The notes under the pieces are model-generated. The model saw only the letters and a list, made by a program, of their open reading frames with translations. It was not told the DNA's origin and searched no databases. A stretch of DNA of 64,000 bases from a virus. Position 1 is the stretch's first letter; the number at the start of each line of letters is the position of its first letter. The stretch is taken from positions 9,028-73,027 of the IMG/VR virus record IMGVR_UViG_3300021961_000068. One strand, given 5' to 3'. This document shows positions 26,659 through 35,343 of the stretch, one piece after another. Position numbers and translations under genes: made by a program.

Positions 26659-28398
26659 TTAATTTTTCTTTCGGTTTTTAGCCAAATCTGGTTTAATGAA
26701 TGTCTCGTAAAGCCAGCGTGTAGCAGTTCGTTTAATGCCGTCAGCGCCTGTGTACTCCACAAGTTCTAATGCGTCAGGCACGGCTCCCGTATCAGCAACA
26801 AATTTGAATGCACCATCAGAATTTTTTGCGAAGTCTTCAATGTTTTTGATGATGTTGTCTTTGTTGCTTGACTCTGCAAGAGAATTGATCATGCGTGGGA
26901 ACTTGCGTTTTTCACCAATCGTGAAAGGTCGTGAGCGTTCAATACTGACAGTCACGCCGTTCGGTGCAACAAAAGCAATTTTACTCATCGATGGACCACC
27001 AAGAAGTGCCAAATCGTCCGCCTCTATGTCGGCAGGTAATTGAATAGCACGAATCATTGCGCCATCTTCCATGTCAGGGTTTTCACTAAACGAACGCAGA
27101 ACCGAAGAAGGAACAACAGGACGCAAAATGACACCATCTCGGCGAATCATTCTACCTTCTCCCCTTGGGGCACCTTTAAGCAGTTTGATTGAATCCGCTA
27201 CTGAACGATTAAATTTATCTTTTTGAAAAGCGCCAGTTCTTGGGATTTGTGCCATGCGTTGAATTTGAATAGTTCTCGTATTGCTTGGATTTCCTTCTAA
27301 TACTTCAGAAAGATTTTCTGCTCTTGCTGTTGGAAGTTTAGGGTTTACAAGTCTGCGTGCTGCTCGTGCAAGTAAAGCAAGCGGTCCTGGTATTTCAAAT
27401 AGTTGCGCACCACAAGTAGAGAAACGGTTATCTGTAAATCGTCCGCCGAATGCAAAACCGGCAGGGCATCGTGCTTGTCTTCTGCGGTTTGGCTTTAATC
27501 TACTGAGTACACCTTGTCCTCCACCCGGTATTAAAGCACCGTAAACTCTTGAACGAATAGGTGAATTTGATGGAGAAATATTTCCTGGTGTTAGCGCTGA
27601 TCCAACCGCCTGAGCCGCTCTACCTAATGGGTTACCTGAACCGATAATACCTGCTTTGGTTTCAATATCCTCAGCGTCGTCTTTCTCAACACGGTATCCA
27701 CCGCCACGTTTCTTGTATTCGCGAACAAGCCAAGCATTTGCATAAGCAGACGGGTACACATTGAACTTCTTTTTTGCTTCCGCTTTCACCCTTGCGTAAA
27801 GTTCGGAGTCAGTCGGAATATTGACACCCTTGATTTCGGTTTCTTCGCAACAAGATGTGACTACATCAGACTTCATTGTGGACACATTGATTGGCTTCTT
27901 ATCTACACGAGTCTGAGAGTTTTCGGCTCGGCGTTTCCTGCTTATAGCAGAAGCAATCTGCTCGGGAGTCATGCTCATTGCTCTAGATTTTTTTACACAT
28001 TTTGGATACTTGCCCGTATTGGCGTCTCCTCTACCGCAAGACTCAAAACCTCCACCTTTTTTGGGACGAGATATATCAACCCATTCTTCTTCAAACCATT
28101 TACCTAAACCACCTCGTTTAGTTTCATCGCCAATAAAAGTTTCTGCACCCAAACGAGAGGTACGGGATTTTAGGTAAAGTTTTGCTTTAAAGTTTAAAAG
28201 AGCCCTATTCCCGTCCAAGGGTGTTTTGCGAACGTTGGATCCTTTGGTAAAAATAAACTGTGTTTTTGCGTTCTCGGGGTCAAAAAATAGTTCTTGCCCT
28301 AACGCAATATTTGTTCTTTTCATTTTCGTTTTCTCACGCATAGACATACGAAGTTTCCGTGCGAAATATTCAAAGTCTTGGTTGAGGTAATTGTTCAT
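26659..28398 (-). CDS. multi-module head-region protein (KWFxExWVD module, YPSAYA module, RCPAG motif)
   Basis: LGKWFEEEWVDI...CGR...YPKC; LYARVKAEAKKKFNVYPSAYANAWLVREYKKRGG (DUF5872-like); RCPAGFAFGGRFTDNRFSTCG. Confidence 0.7.
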   Translation of the reverse strand: MNNYLNQDFEYFARKLRMSMREKTKMKRTNIALGQELFFDPENAKTQFIFTKGSNVRKTPLDGNRALLNFKAKLYLKSRTSRLGAETFIGDETKRGGLGKWFEEEWVDISRPKKGGGFESCGRGDANTGKYPKCVKKSRAMSMTPEQIASAISRKRRAENSQTRVDKKPINVSTMKSDVVTSCCEETEIKGVNIPTDSELYARVKAEAKKKFNVYPSAYANAWLVREYKKRGGGYRVEKDDAEDIETKAGIIGSGNPLGRAAQAVGSALTPGNISPSNSPIRSRVYGALIPGGGQGVLSRLKPNRRRQARCPAGFAFGGRFTDNRFSTCGAQLFEIPGPLALLARAARRLVNPKLPTARAENLSEVLEGNPSNTRTIQIQRMAQIPRTGAFQKDKFNRSVADSIKLLKGAPRGEGRMIRRDGVILRPVVPSSVLRSFSENPDMEDGAMIRAIQLPADIEADDLALLGGPSMSKIAFVAPNGVTVSIERSRPFTIGEKRKFPRMINSLAESSNKDNIIKNIEDFAKNSDGAFKFVADTGAVPDALELVEYTGADGIKRTATRWLYETFIKPDLAKNRKKN

Positions 28399-28540
28399 TT
28401 TGTCAGTTCTTTAGGTGCTAGTCGGTCTGAAAGGGATTTCCTTATTGCATATTGGGCACCAACCCACTGTTCCAAGAATATCAGGTTTAATACCTTCGTA
28501 AATCTTTGTGTACTAGTCAATAAGTTTTAGTCGTTTTGTT

Positions 28541-28705
28541 TTACGGGCTCCCAATACCCACAAGATAAACCTGACCCGCCCCAGATGTTGGGCTCCAAAC
28601 CGCATCTACGGTTGGCGTACCAACGGGCGCGGGTTTGTAGGTAGGTCTTCCAAGACTATCTCCGCCTGCATATGTTGAAAGCGACTCAATCTCTTTTTTC
28701 ATCAT
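28541..28705 (-). CDS. possible small ORF (54 aa, not in ORF track)
   Basis: MMKKEIESLSTYAGGDSLGRPTYKPAPVGTPTVDAVWSPTSGAGQVYLVGIGSP; overlaps end of 28686-28925. Confidence 0.35.
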   Translation of the reverse strand: MMKKEIESLSTYAGGDSLGRPTYKPAPVGTPTVDAVWSPTSGAGQVYLVGIGSP

Positions 28706-28925
28706 TAATTGATTGGCGCCAAGATTCTATGTTTTTATCGTTGATATTAAATGGAATTTTGTTTGGTTCGTTTTTGAGCATCAAACTGAAATCAGCAGAC
28801 GATACTTTGTCTCCACTGACCATATACCAAACTTTGCCATCTGTCCCATGTACAGCAAAGCCGTCGCCATACGGGAAAACTCTTTCACTCGTATTCCCAC
28901 TATATTTCGGTGAACCAATATCCAT
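28686..28925 (-). CDS. small orphan protein, candidate immunity protein for the upstream metallopeptidase
   Basis: 79 aa; ATG immediately follows the TAA of 28926-31292. Confidence 0.5.
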   Translation of the reverse strand: MDIGSPKYSGNTSERVFPYGDGFAVHGTDGKVWYMVSGDKVSSADFSLMLKNEPNKIPFNINDKNIESWRQSINDEKRD

Positions 28926-31292
28926 TTAGATAACGCTACCCTGTTCTAATTCGGGCATGGAATTTATTGCTGTCTGAAGCATCTTAACCCATGCTTTTGC
29001 TTGTGGAGTCATAATAGTCGGAGTCGCTAGACCTGAATCACTTGGTGCCATTGATTGCACCATATTTTTCATTTCGTCAAAAGATTTATCGTCCATAATT
29101 TTGGTATCAGGGAAGTTTTCTGTGAGCATTGTCAATAATTTTGCCTCAGCGAAAGCCTCCCAATTATTGGTTTGAGCATATTTTGAAGCAGAGCCAAGAA
29201 CAGGCATAATTTCGCTTGGTTTGATGCCTTTAGTATTTATTCTTGTCGAATCAAAACCTAAAGTTTCGTCAAATAGTTGTTTCCCTTCTTCCAAAAACTT
29301 TTCAATTGTTTGACCACCAAGTTGGTTTTCTACAAGTTCTCTAATTTTTTCAACTGAAGAAATACTGTCATTGTCTTCAAAAGAGTACATTGAAACTTTA
29401 TTATTTTTAACTGAAATCAATGCTTCTCTAAACAGTTTCTTTTTAGGGTCAAGACCTTCGCTAAAATTGTTAAGAATAAAACCCAAATTATCCATTACTG
29501 AATCAGAATCTAAGTCATTATCGTTGTGGGCTATATTTTTTGCATATACAGCAAAAAGAGAATTTAAATTTGGTGTAGATGTATAACCAAAAATTTTTGC
29601 CCGCATTCTTTTATCGTTGAATGCTATTTCAACATCTTCCCAATCAGTATCGGGGTCAATATTGTAAGAAACAGCAAACTTTGCGCCAATAAAAGTGTCG
29701 CCAATTTTTGAACCTTGTTTTTTGATTTGTTCAAGCGCTGGTGGGTCGGATGCTGTTGAATTTATGCCTAGCGTTTTTAAAACTTCCGCATAATGGGCGA
29801 CATGAGATAGTTCGTGTATTGAAAGACCTATTTGATAGTCATCGGTTCCTGCAATTTTTACAGAGCCGTTAAACATGTCCCCTTTTTCCATTGCGTCACC
29901 ACCGGCGCCAACATTACTTATCAGCAGTGAATCAGCATAAAATCTTGTTGCTGAAATAATTTTCCCGTCAGGGTAATCCGCTATCCACGCATAAGCCGAA
30001 GCAGTTTCAGGTCCGCCATCACCTGTTTGATGTATCTCAAATGTGAATGCTCCACGCAAAGAAGGATTGTCTTGCATATGCAATTCTGCTCCCGCGAGAG
30101 CCTCAACAAAACCTCTTCCTATTTCTTTACGGACAGCGTCACGACCATCTTCTGTCTCCAACATTGATTTGATTTTTTCTAGTTGGTCAGCGGTGTTTCT
30201 CAATCGTTCCTTTGATGCATCATCAACCCCATCTTCATCAGATTTATTTCTCAGTCGGGAAATCCTTGTAGTTAACAAATCACCTCTTAAATCATTCATC
30301 CCACCATCAAGCATTTCTTTCATGCTTCTTGACTTAGGGATACCCATTTTTGCAATCAGTTCATCACCGTATTCTTCAACTTCTTTGTTTTTTGCGTCGG
30401 GAACATATTTGTCTAAAAGTTTTGTGATTTTTGCATCCAACTCTGTGTTGAAAGAATCAGCGTCAAATGTAACTTTTGCTAAATCATCTTTTCTTATTGA
30501 AGCATCAGGTGGAGCCGCATTTGCTTTAGTGATGTCATCGGTTGGGGAGCGCGTATCTACTTTGGATTTTTCTATTTTGGGTGTATTGACTACATCTGTT
30601 GCGCCGCTTAATTCTGAGATCAAGTTGTCATCAATTTCTTTCTGTTTTTCTTTTTTCTCTTTACGCCTTTTTAGGTTCGCTAGAACAAAGTTTCTTGCAT
30701 CAACTAAGGCATCTTTTTTAAGTTTTGACGCAATTGCATCTAGTTGCTCTTTCCTTTGGTCAGATATTTTTCCTCTTTTTTGAAGAGACTCGGTAGCGAA
30801 CTCTAAAACCTGAGCCCCACCAGCCCTCAATAAAAGCATGCTCATTAATGTGGAATCAGTAAGAGAACCTGAACCGTCCACTTGCATATAATCCATTGCT
30901 TGCAAAGCCGCGAGTGCTGTTGCTTTTGCGCCGTTTCTTACGTTTTCGCTTTTTAAGATGCCTTTTGCGCCGTCAATCATTTTCCCTACCAAAGCAGCGG
31001 CTCCTCGTGCCGCCGTCTCCGCGCTAGGTATCAAACAATTGGACATTTGCATGTCGGTGAATTGGTTTGCGTTCGGAGTACCTGGTGGGCATCGCAATTT
31101 ACCTAGCGCATCCACTATCACGCCAGACGCACGAGCAGCACGTGTTCCAACAGAATCTAGATCGGGTCTATCTTTTACGGTCGGTCCGAGGAATCCTTTA
31201 AAAAGTAAAAGGTTTTCTTGAACTACCGCAACGGATTTGCGATACTCTGCGACTCTTTCGTTTGCGTCAAAAGCGCGAGACGATTTAATCAT
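28926..31292 (-). CDS. modular protein: RCPPG motif + C-terminal HExxH zinc metallopeptidase
   Basis: LRCPPGTPNANQFTDMQMSNC; SIHELSHVAH and SKYAQTNNWEAFAE (zincin, lethal-factor-like signature). Confidence 0.72.
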   Translation of the reverse strand: MIKSSRAFDANERVAEYRKSVAVVQENLLLFKGFLGPTVKDRPDLDSVGTRAARASGVIVDALGKLRCPPGTPNANQFTDMQMSNCLIPSAETAARGAAALVGKMIDGAKGILKSENVRNGAKATALAALQAMDYMQVDGSGSLTDSTLMSMLLLRAGGAQVLEFATESLQKRGKISDQRKEQLDAIASKLKKDALVDARNFVLANLKRRKEKKEKQKEIDDNLISELSGATDVVNTPKIEKSKVDTRSPTDDITKANAAPPDASIRKDDLAKVTFDADSFNTELDAKITKLLDKYVPDAKNKEVEEYGDELIAKMGIPKSRSMKEMLDGGMNDLRGDLLTTRISRLRNKSDEDGVDDASKERLRNTADQLEKIKSMLETEDGRDAVRKEIGRGFVEALAGAELHMQDNPSLRGAFTFEIHQTGDGGPETASAYAWIADYPDGKIISATRFYADSLLISNVGAGGDAMEKGDMFNGSVKIAGTDDYQIGLSIHELSHVAHYAEVLKTLGINSTASDPPALEQIKKQGSKIGDTFIGAKFAVSYNIDPDTDWEDVEIAFNDKRMRAKIFGYTSTPNLNSLFAVYAKNIAHNDNDLDSDSVMDNLGFILNNFSEGLDPKKKLFREALISVKNNKVSMYSFEDNDSISSVEKIRELVENQLGGQTIEKFLEEGKQLFDETLGFDSTRINTKGIKPSEIMPVLGSASKYAQTNNWEAFAEAKLLTMLTENFPDTKIMDDKSFDEMKNMVQSMAPSDSGLATPTIMTPQAKAWVKMLQTAINSMPELEQGSVI

Positions 31293-31304
31293 CGCCTCTC
31301 CTTA

Positions 31305-31568
31305 TCAGTCGCTTGAATCTGACGCTTTATTAATCGTTGACATTGAAACCACATCATCATCCTCTACTTCTTTTTTCTTAGAAGCCTTTTTGGGTTCCAC
31401 TTTTTCTTCAACAACTTTTTCAACGACTACTGGTTCTTCTTTGACTTCAACCTCAACAACAGCAACCTCTACTTCAGGTGTCACCACCACAGGGGCTTGT
31501 TCTTGTTTTGTATCAAAAAGGAGCCCTGAAGTGTTTACCGAATCAACAGGTTGATTTAGTTTTTTCAC
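31305..31568 (-). CDS. small Glu/Val/Lys-rich protein
   Basis: 87 aa low complexity; overlaps upstream gene. Confidence 0.6.
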   Translation of the reverse strand: MKKLNQPVDSVNTSGLLFDTKQEQAPVVVTPEVEVAVVEVEVKEEPVVVEKVVEEKVEPKKASKKKEVEDDDVVSMSTINKASDSSD

Positions 31569-33061
31569 TTGTCAAAACCTGTTTCAATTTCAAGCATCTC
31601 AAGTTCCATCAAACTGCTCAAGAACTCTTTTGCTTCATCGTCAAGGAGAACTTTCTCGTTTGGTTTCTCTGAATTCCATGATTCTGGAATCATGTCTTCT
31701 TTGCCGAGTTCCTTAGCACGCTTCATGCAATGCATCTTCGCTTCGTCTTGATCTTTTGCACGACCGACAGCCATAATTGCCATCTTCAAGTCCTCTTCAT
31801 CCTTGATTGGGTAAGAGCCGTCTGCCATTGCCATTCCGCCCTTAGCCATTTCCATGCGCTCATCTTCGCTATACATTGCTTTTAAAGCAATGTCGGCTAC
31901 TTCTTCGTCAATGTCGGCTGCTTCCTCTGGCTCATATTCATCAAAGCCAAGAATTTCACCGTCAACACCAACATAAACATCGTAAGATTTTCCGTCTACG
32001 CCTTCAATCTCTACGGCGTAAGCGTCATATCCGTCAAACATGTCTGCGTCAACAGAAACAACTTCACCATCAATTGACTTTGTTGCAATAGCGGAAGCCT
32101 CACTGAACGAAATCACTTTCTGACCAGGAACTGTTGCTACTTCGCCAATCAAGTCTTCATTGAGAAGATGCCAACCCATGCATTCACCGCTTGAACCATC
32201 AAAGTAAGCCTCAACAGGTTTTCCGTCTTTGCGTTGAACATCAACAACAAAAATATCAACTTCATCTGCGTAGCCCGAGTCAAGAACTTTCCCTGCAAAC
32301 ATACTTTCAGCCATACCTTCAACCTCTAGAAGACTTGGCATTGTGTCTTGCTGTTCGCAACCACCTGGGCATGATGCACAAATTTCTGAACCGCCCGCAT
32401 AAACCCGACGCTCAATAGCGCAAACAAAAGCAAGATCGTCATAGTCAGCCGACTTGACGCCCATTGTTTCCATGCGCTTCGCACGAGCCTTCTTGCGTTG
32501 CTCCATCATTTTTTCAATTTCGCCGTACATTTTTTCTTCTTCGTCGTCAAGATCTTCTGGCATGTCTTCTTCTTCGTCGTCTTCTTCTTCGGCGACCATT
32601 GGCATTGCAGGCTTCTTTTTCTTTTTAGGAGTAGGCATATCCTCGTCCATCACGGCGATGTCTTCTTCTAACTTTGCACCCTTTTCTTCGGATGCAGTGA
32701 CCCACTCACTCTTTTCGCCCTCAACCGGCGTTGCTACTTCTGGTGCAGCGTCATTGGGTACGGCTTCTTCTGTTTGGGTCACAGCCTTTGCTCCGCACTT
32801 ACCACAAACTTTTGCACCCGGCTTGTAACCACAATCTTTGAGTTCTAAACCTTTTGCGCACTCAATTCCGCCGTCTGCCAAAAGTTTTACTATCGGTGTT
32901 TCGCTAGCCATGTTCGTGGACTCCTTATAGTGCATTGTTTTGGCAATGCACCGTGATGGATTAGAGCAAACAGAGCATGGTGTCAAGCGTTTTTCGCCTG
33001 ACATCAAACACTGATACTTTGCTGTTTTTTGTGGTAAACCTGTTATTGAAGTATAACTCAT
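31565..33061 (-). CDS. acidic head-associated protein with PepSY-like repeats, Cys clusters and DGSYPI module
   Basis: ISFSEASAIA...GEVVSVDAD...YAVEI...YDVYVGVDGEIL (PepSY-like); MADGSYPIKDEEDLKMAIMAVGRAK; alternative start at 32911. Confidence 0.65.
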   Translation of the reverse strand: MSYTSITGLPQKTAKYQCLMSGEKRLTPCSVCSNPSRCIAKTMHYKESTNMASETPIVKLLADGGIECAKGLELKDCGYKPGAKVCGKCGAKAVTQTEEAVPNDAAPEVATPVEGEKSEWVTASEEKGAKLEEDIAVMDEDMPTPKKKKKPAMPMVAEEEDDEEEDMPEDLDDEEEKMYGEIEKMMEQRKKARAKRMETMGVKSADYDDLAFVCAIERRVYAGGSEICASCPGGCEQQDTMPSLLEVEGMAESMFAGKVLDSGYADEVDIFVVDVQRKDGKPVEAYFDGSSGECMGWHLLNEDLIGEVATVPGQKVISFSEASAIATKSIDGEVVSVDADMFDGYDAYAVEIEGVDGKSYDVYVGVDGEILGFDEYEPEEAADIDEEVADIALKAMYSEDERMEMAKGGMAMADGSYPIKDEEDLKMAIMAVGRAKDQDEAKMHCMKRAKELGKEDMIPESWNSEKPNEKVLLDDEAKEFLSSLMELEMLEIETGFDK

Positions 33062-33115
33062 CTTAGTCTTTTGTTTTTGCTACAAATGGAACCAACATAA
33101 AAAGGTTTTAATTAT

Positions 33116-35251
33116 TTACATTGTGTCCATAATGTTGAGTAACGCATCAAACGCATCGTCTGTTGCGCCGCCAATTTCAACCTGTACACCTTCTTCCGTA
33201 ACCTCTGATTTCATTTGATAATAATCCAAAATTGGATCTAAAAGTTCTTTAACTTCGTACAAACTATGTTCTGGTGAAGAAATTAAAAGTGTTTCTTTTT
33301 CATCAACCGACAAGGATTTGGCTTCAATATCAGACATAGCGCCACCCGCACTCAAGACTTCTTTGAGAAGATTGAAGGCGTTTTGTAGTTTTGCCATGTT
33401 GCGAGAGTTGATAACCCTGCCCGCCTTAACTTCAATGTCTTCCTCGGCATCTTTGCCCATGAGTTCAGAAATAGCCGCCATCAACATTGGAATCATGCTT
33501 TGTGGGGTCATGCTCTCCCCACCGCCACAACCACAGTCGTGTTCTTTTTCTGAGTCATAGTAAGGCATTTCTATGACACCACCTTTATCGTCGTCGCCCT
33601 CCATAATCCAGTTATCTTTATCTGCCATGTAGTTGATGAAGTCAGGTTCTTCGTTCATGAATTCTTTTAGAACCTCGTAAGCCTTTTCGTTGCCCTCGTC
33701 TTCGTTTTCAAACTCAACGTCCTCAAGTTGCATCTCTTGTTCGCCCTTTGGTGTGTCTTCTTCGGCAAGACGGGTAGCAAGTTGTTCCATCATTTCGTAT
33801 CCCTTTTCCTCACCATCAAGGAAATCAAAGATTGATTTGAGTTCTTGTTCGTTTAAGGAATCTAGAGATTTGCCCGGCGTGATCATTCTGCCTAACCGCC
33901 TACCGAACTCTGAATCGTTCCAATTATTCTTCCTTAACTTGCCTCGGCAGTTCTTCATGCCGGGGTGATGGCATCCTTCGTTCGGCCAGAGACCAGTGGT
34001 TTCATGGTGTAGCCACGCGCAGATATTGCTCAACGGGTATAACTCGGGGTGGTTTGCGAGGATTACTCGGCACCGACGGAAACCGCCTGGCTTTCGCATA
34101 ATTGGGCGCCAATAGCGCAACAACTTTTCAAGGTTGCCTCTGCGAGGACCGTAGCCTCGTGTGCGTGCAGTGATAATTTCCTGAGGAATGATTCCGCCAA
34201 GAGGGTCAGCCTTTTCGGGGGACTTTGGTTTTACGCCTGCTGGAACTTGTGGGTCTTGTTCCATTCGGTAGCGGTCTTCAAAACGGCGTTCACCATCAGA
34301 GCCACTTGGTTTATCTCCGTCAACATTTACATATACGGTTTGTGGTTTAACTCTCGTAGGTTCGCCAATCATGAACTGATCGTCTTCGTAATGATAGGAA
34401 ACACGCATTGTGACTATTTCGCCTGTTTCCCCTCTGTGGTCAAATATGACGCTGTTTGGGTCGGACTCACGAATTCTTACTGAGCCGCCGAATTTTTTTG
34501 CTAAGGCGTATGGGAGATTTTCTTTGCGTCCTTTGTCAGGCATGGGAGCATCAACTGCGTCATCGTTGCCATCTTCTTCTGACTCTTTACGAGGCTTCTC
34601 TTCTTCGGGCTTTTGTCTTGCCATGCTGCTTGCTAAAATGCGCATCAGTAATGAACGACCTTGTTCTGTGAGTTTGCCATCCTCGCCACGCATCTGACCT
34701 TTGATGCTCTCGTTTTCGTTTTGCCCTTCAACAGATTTGATTGAGATAGTGCCAGTGAGTTGATTTGCGCCGTGAAGAACAGGGCTTGCTTCGTAGAGTT
34801 CAACTTTTTTAAGAACATTGGCTTGACGCTTGGGATCAAAATCTGCGTCTAATGTTTTGTAGCCAATTGACCACTCTTGTTCCTCTCCAAAGAAAGCAAC
34901 ATCAGCAAAAGCCTGTTTCCCTCGTTCTGATTTCAGGTTGAATTGAACTTTGGCGTAAAGACCGCCAATCCCCGCAGCACGCATTTTTATTGGGAGACGA
35001 GGGTCGGAGGCTGGTACTTCGTACATTTCAAGAACTTTGCCAATAGGTTCATTCCAGTTGTGACCCCACACAACTCGGGGTTTGCGCCTCTTTAGACTTT
35101 CGTTGAAAGCACCCGGCACGATGATGTCACCCACAGAGTCTTTGTTCCCGATACCAGCAACGAAACATTCAACAACGCCAAGTGCCTCGTCAATGTTGAA
35201 TTGACCTTGGAGTGCTTTATATTGCTGTGATTCAGATAGTGCTGTAGGCAT
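33116..35251 (-). CDS. HK97-type prohead protease with long multi-module C-terminal extension
   Basis: DSVGDIIVPGAF, WGHNWNEPIG, WSIGY, VELYEASPVLHGAN; C-terminal KAGRVINSRN...L motif. Confidence 0.9.
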   Translation of the reverse strand: MPTALSESQQYKALQGQFNIDEALGVVECFVAGIGNKDSVGDIIVPGAFNESLKRRKPRVVWGHNWNEPIGKVLEMYEVPASDPRLPIKMRAAGIGGLYAKVQFNLKSERGKQAFADVAFFGEEQEWSIGYKTLDADFDPKRQANVLKKVELYEASPVLHGANQLTGTISIKSVEGQNENESIKGQMRGEDGKLTEQGRSLLMRILASSMARQKPEEEKPRKESEEDGNDDAVDAPMPDKGRKENLPYALAKKFGGSVRIRESDPNSVIFDHRGETGEIVTMRVSYHYEDDQFMIGEPTRVKPQTVYVNVDGDKPSGSDGERRFEDRYRMEQDPQVPAGVKPKSPEKADPLGGIIPQEIITARTRGYGPRRGNLEKLLRYWRPIMRKPGGFRRCRVILANHPELYPLSNICAWLHHETTGLWPNEGCHHPGMKNCRGKLRKNNWNDSEFGRRLGRMITPGKSLDSLNEQELKSIFDFLDGEEKGYEMMEQLATRLAEEDTPKGEQEMQLEDVEFENEDEGNEKAYEVLKEFMNEEPDFINYMADKDNWIMEGDDDKGGVIEMPYYDSEKEHDCGCGGGESMTPQSMIPMLMAAISELMGKDAEEDIEVKAGRVINSRNMAKLQNAFNLLKEVLSAGGAMSDIEAKSLSVDEKETLLISSPEHSLYEVKELLDPILDYYQMKSEVTEEGVQVEIGGATDDAFDALLNIMDTM

Positions 35252-35343
35252 GGTACTCCAAAAAATGTTTGTTTATTAACAATAAACTATTTGGAGCGCC
35301 AAAAAATGAACACTTTAAGTATATTGGGGGTATTTTACTGAAA

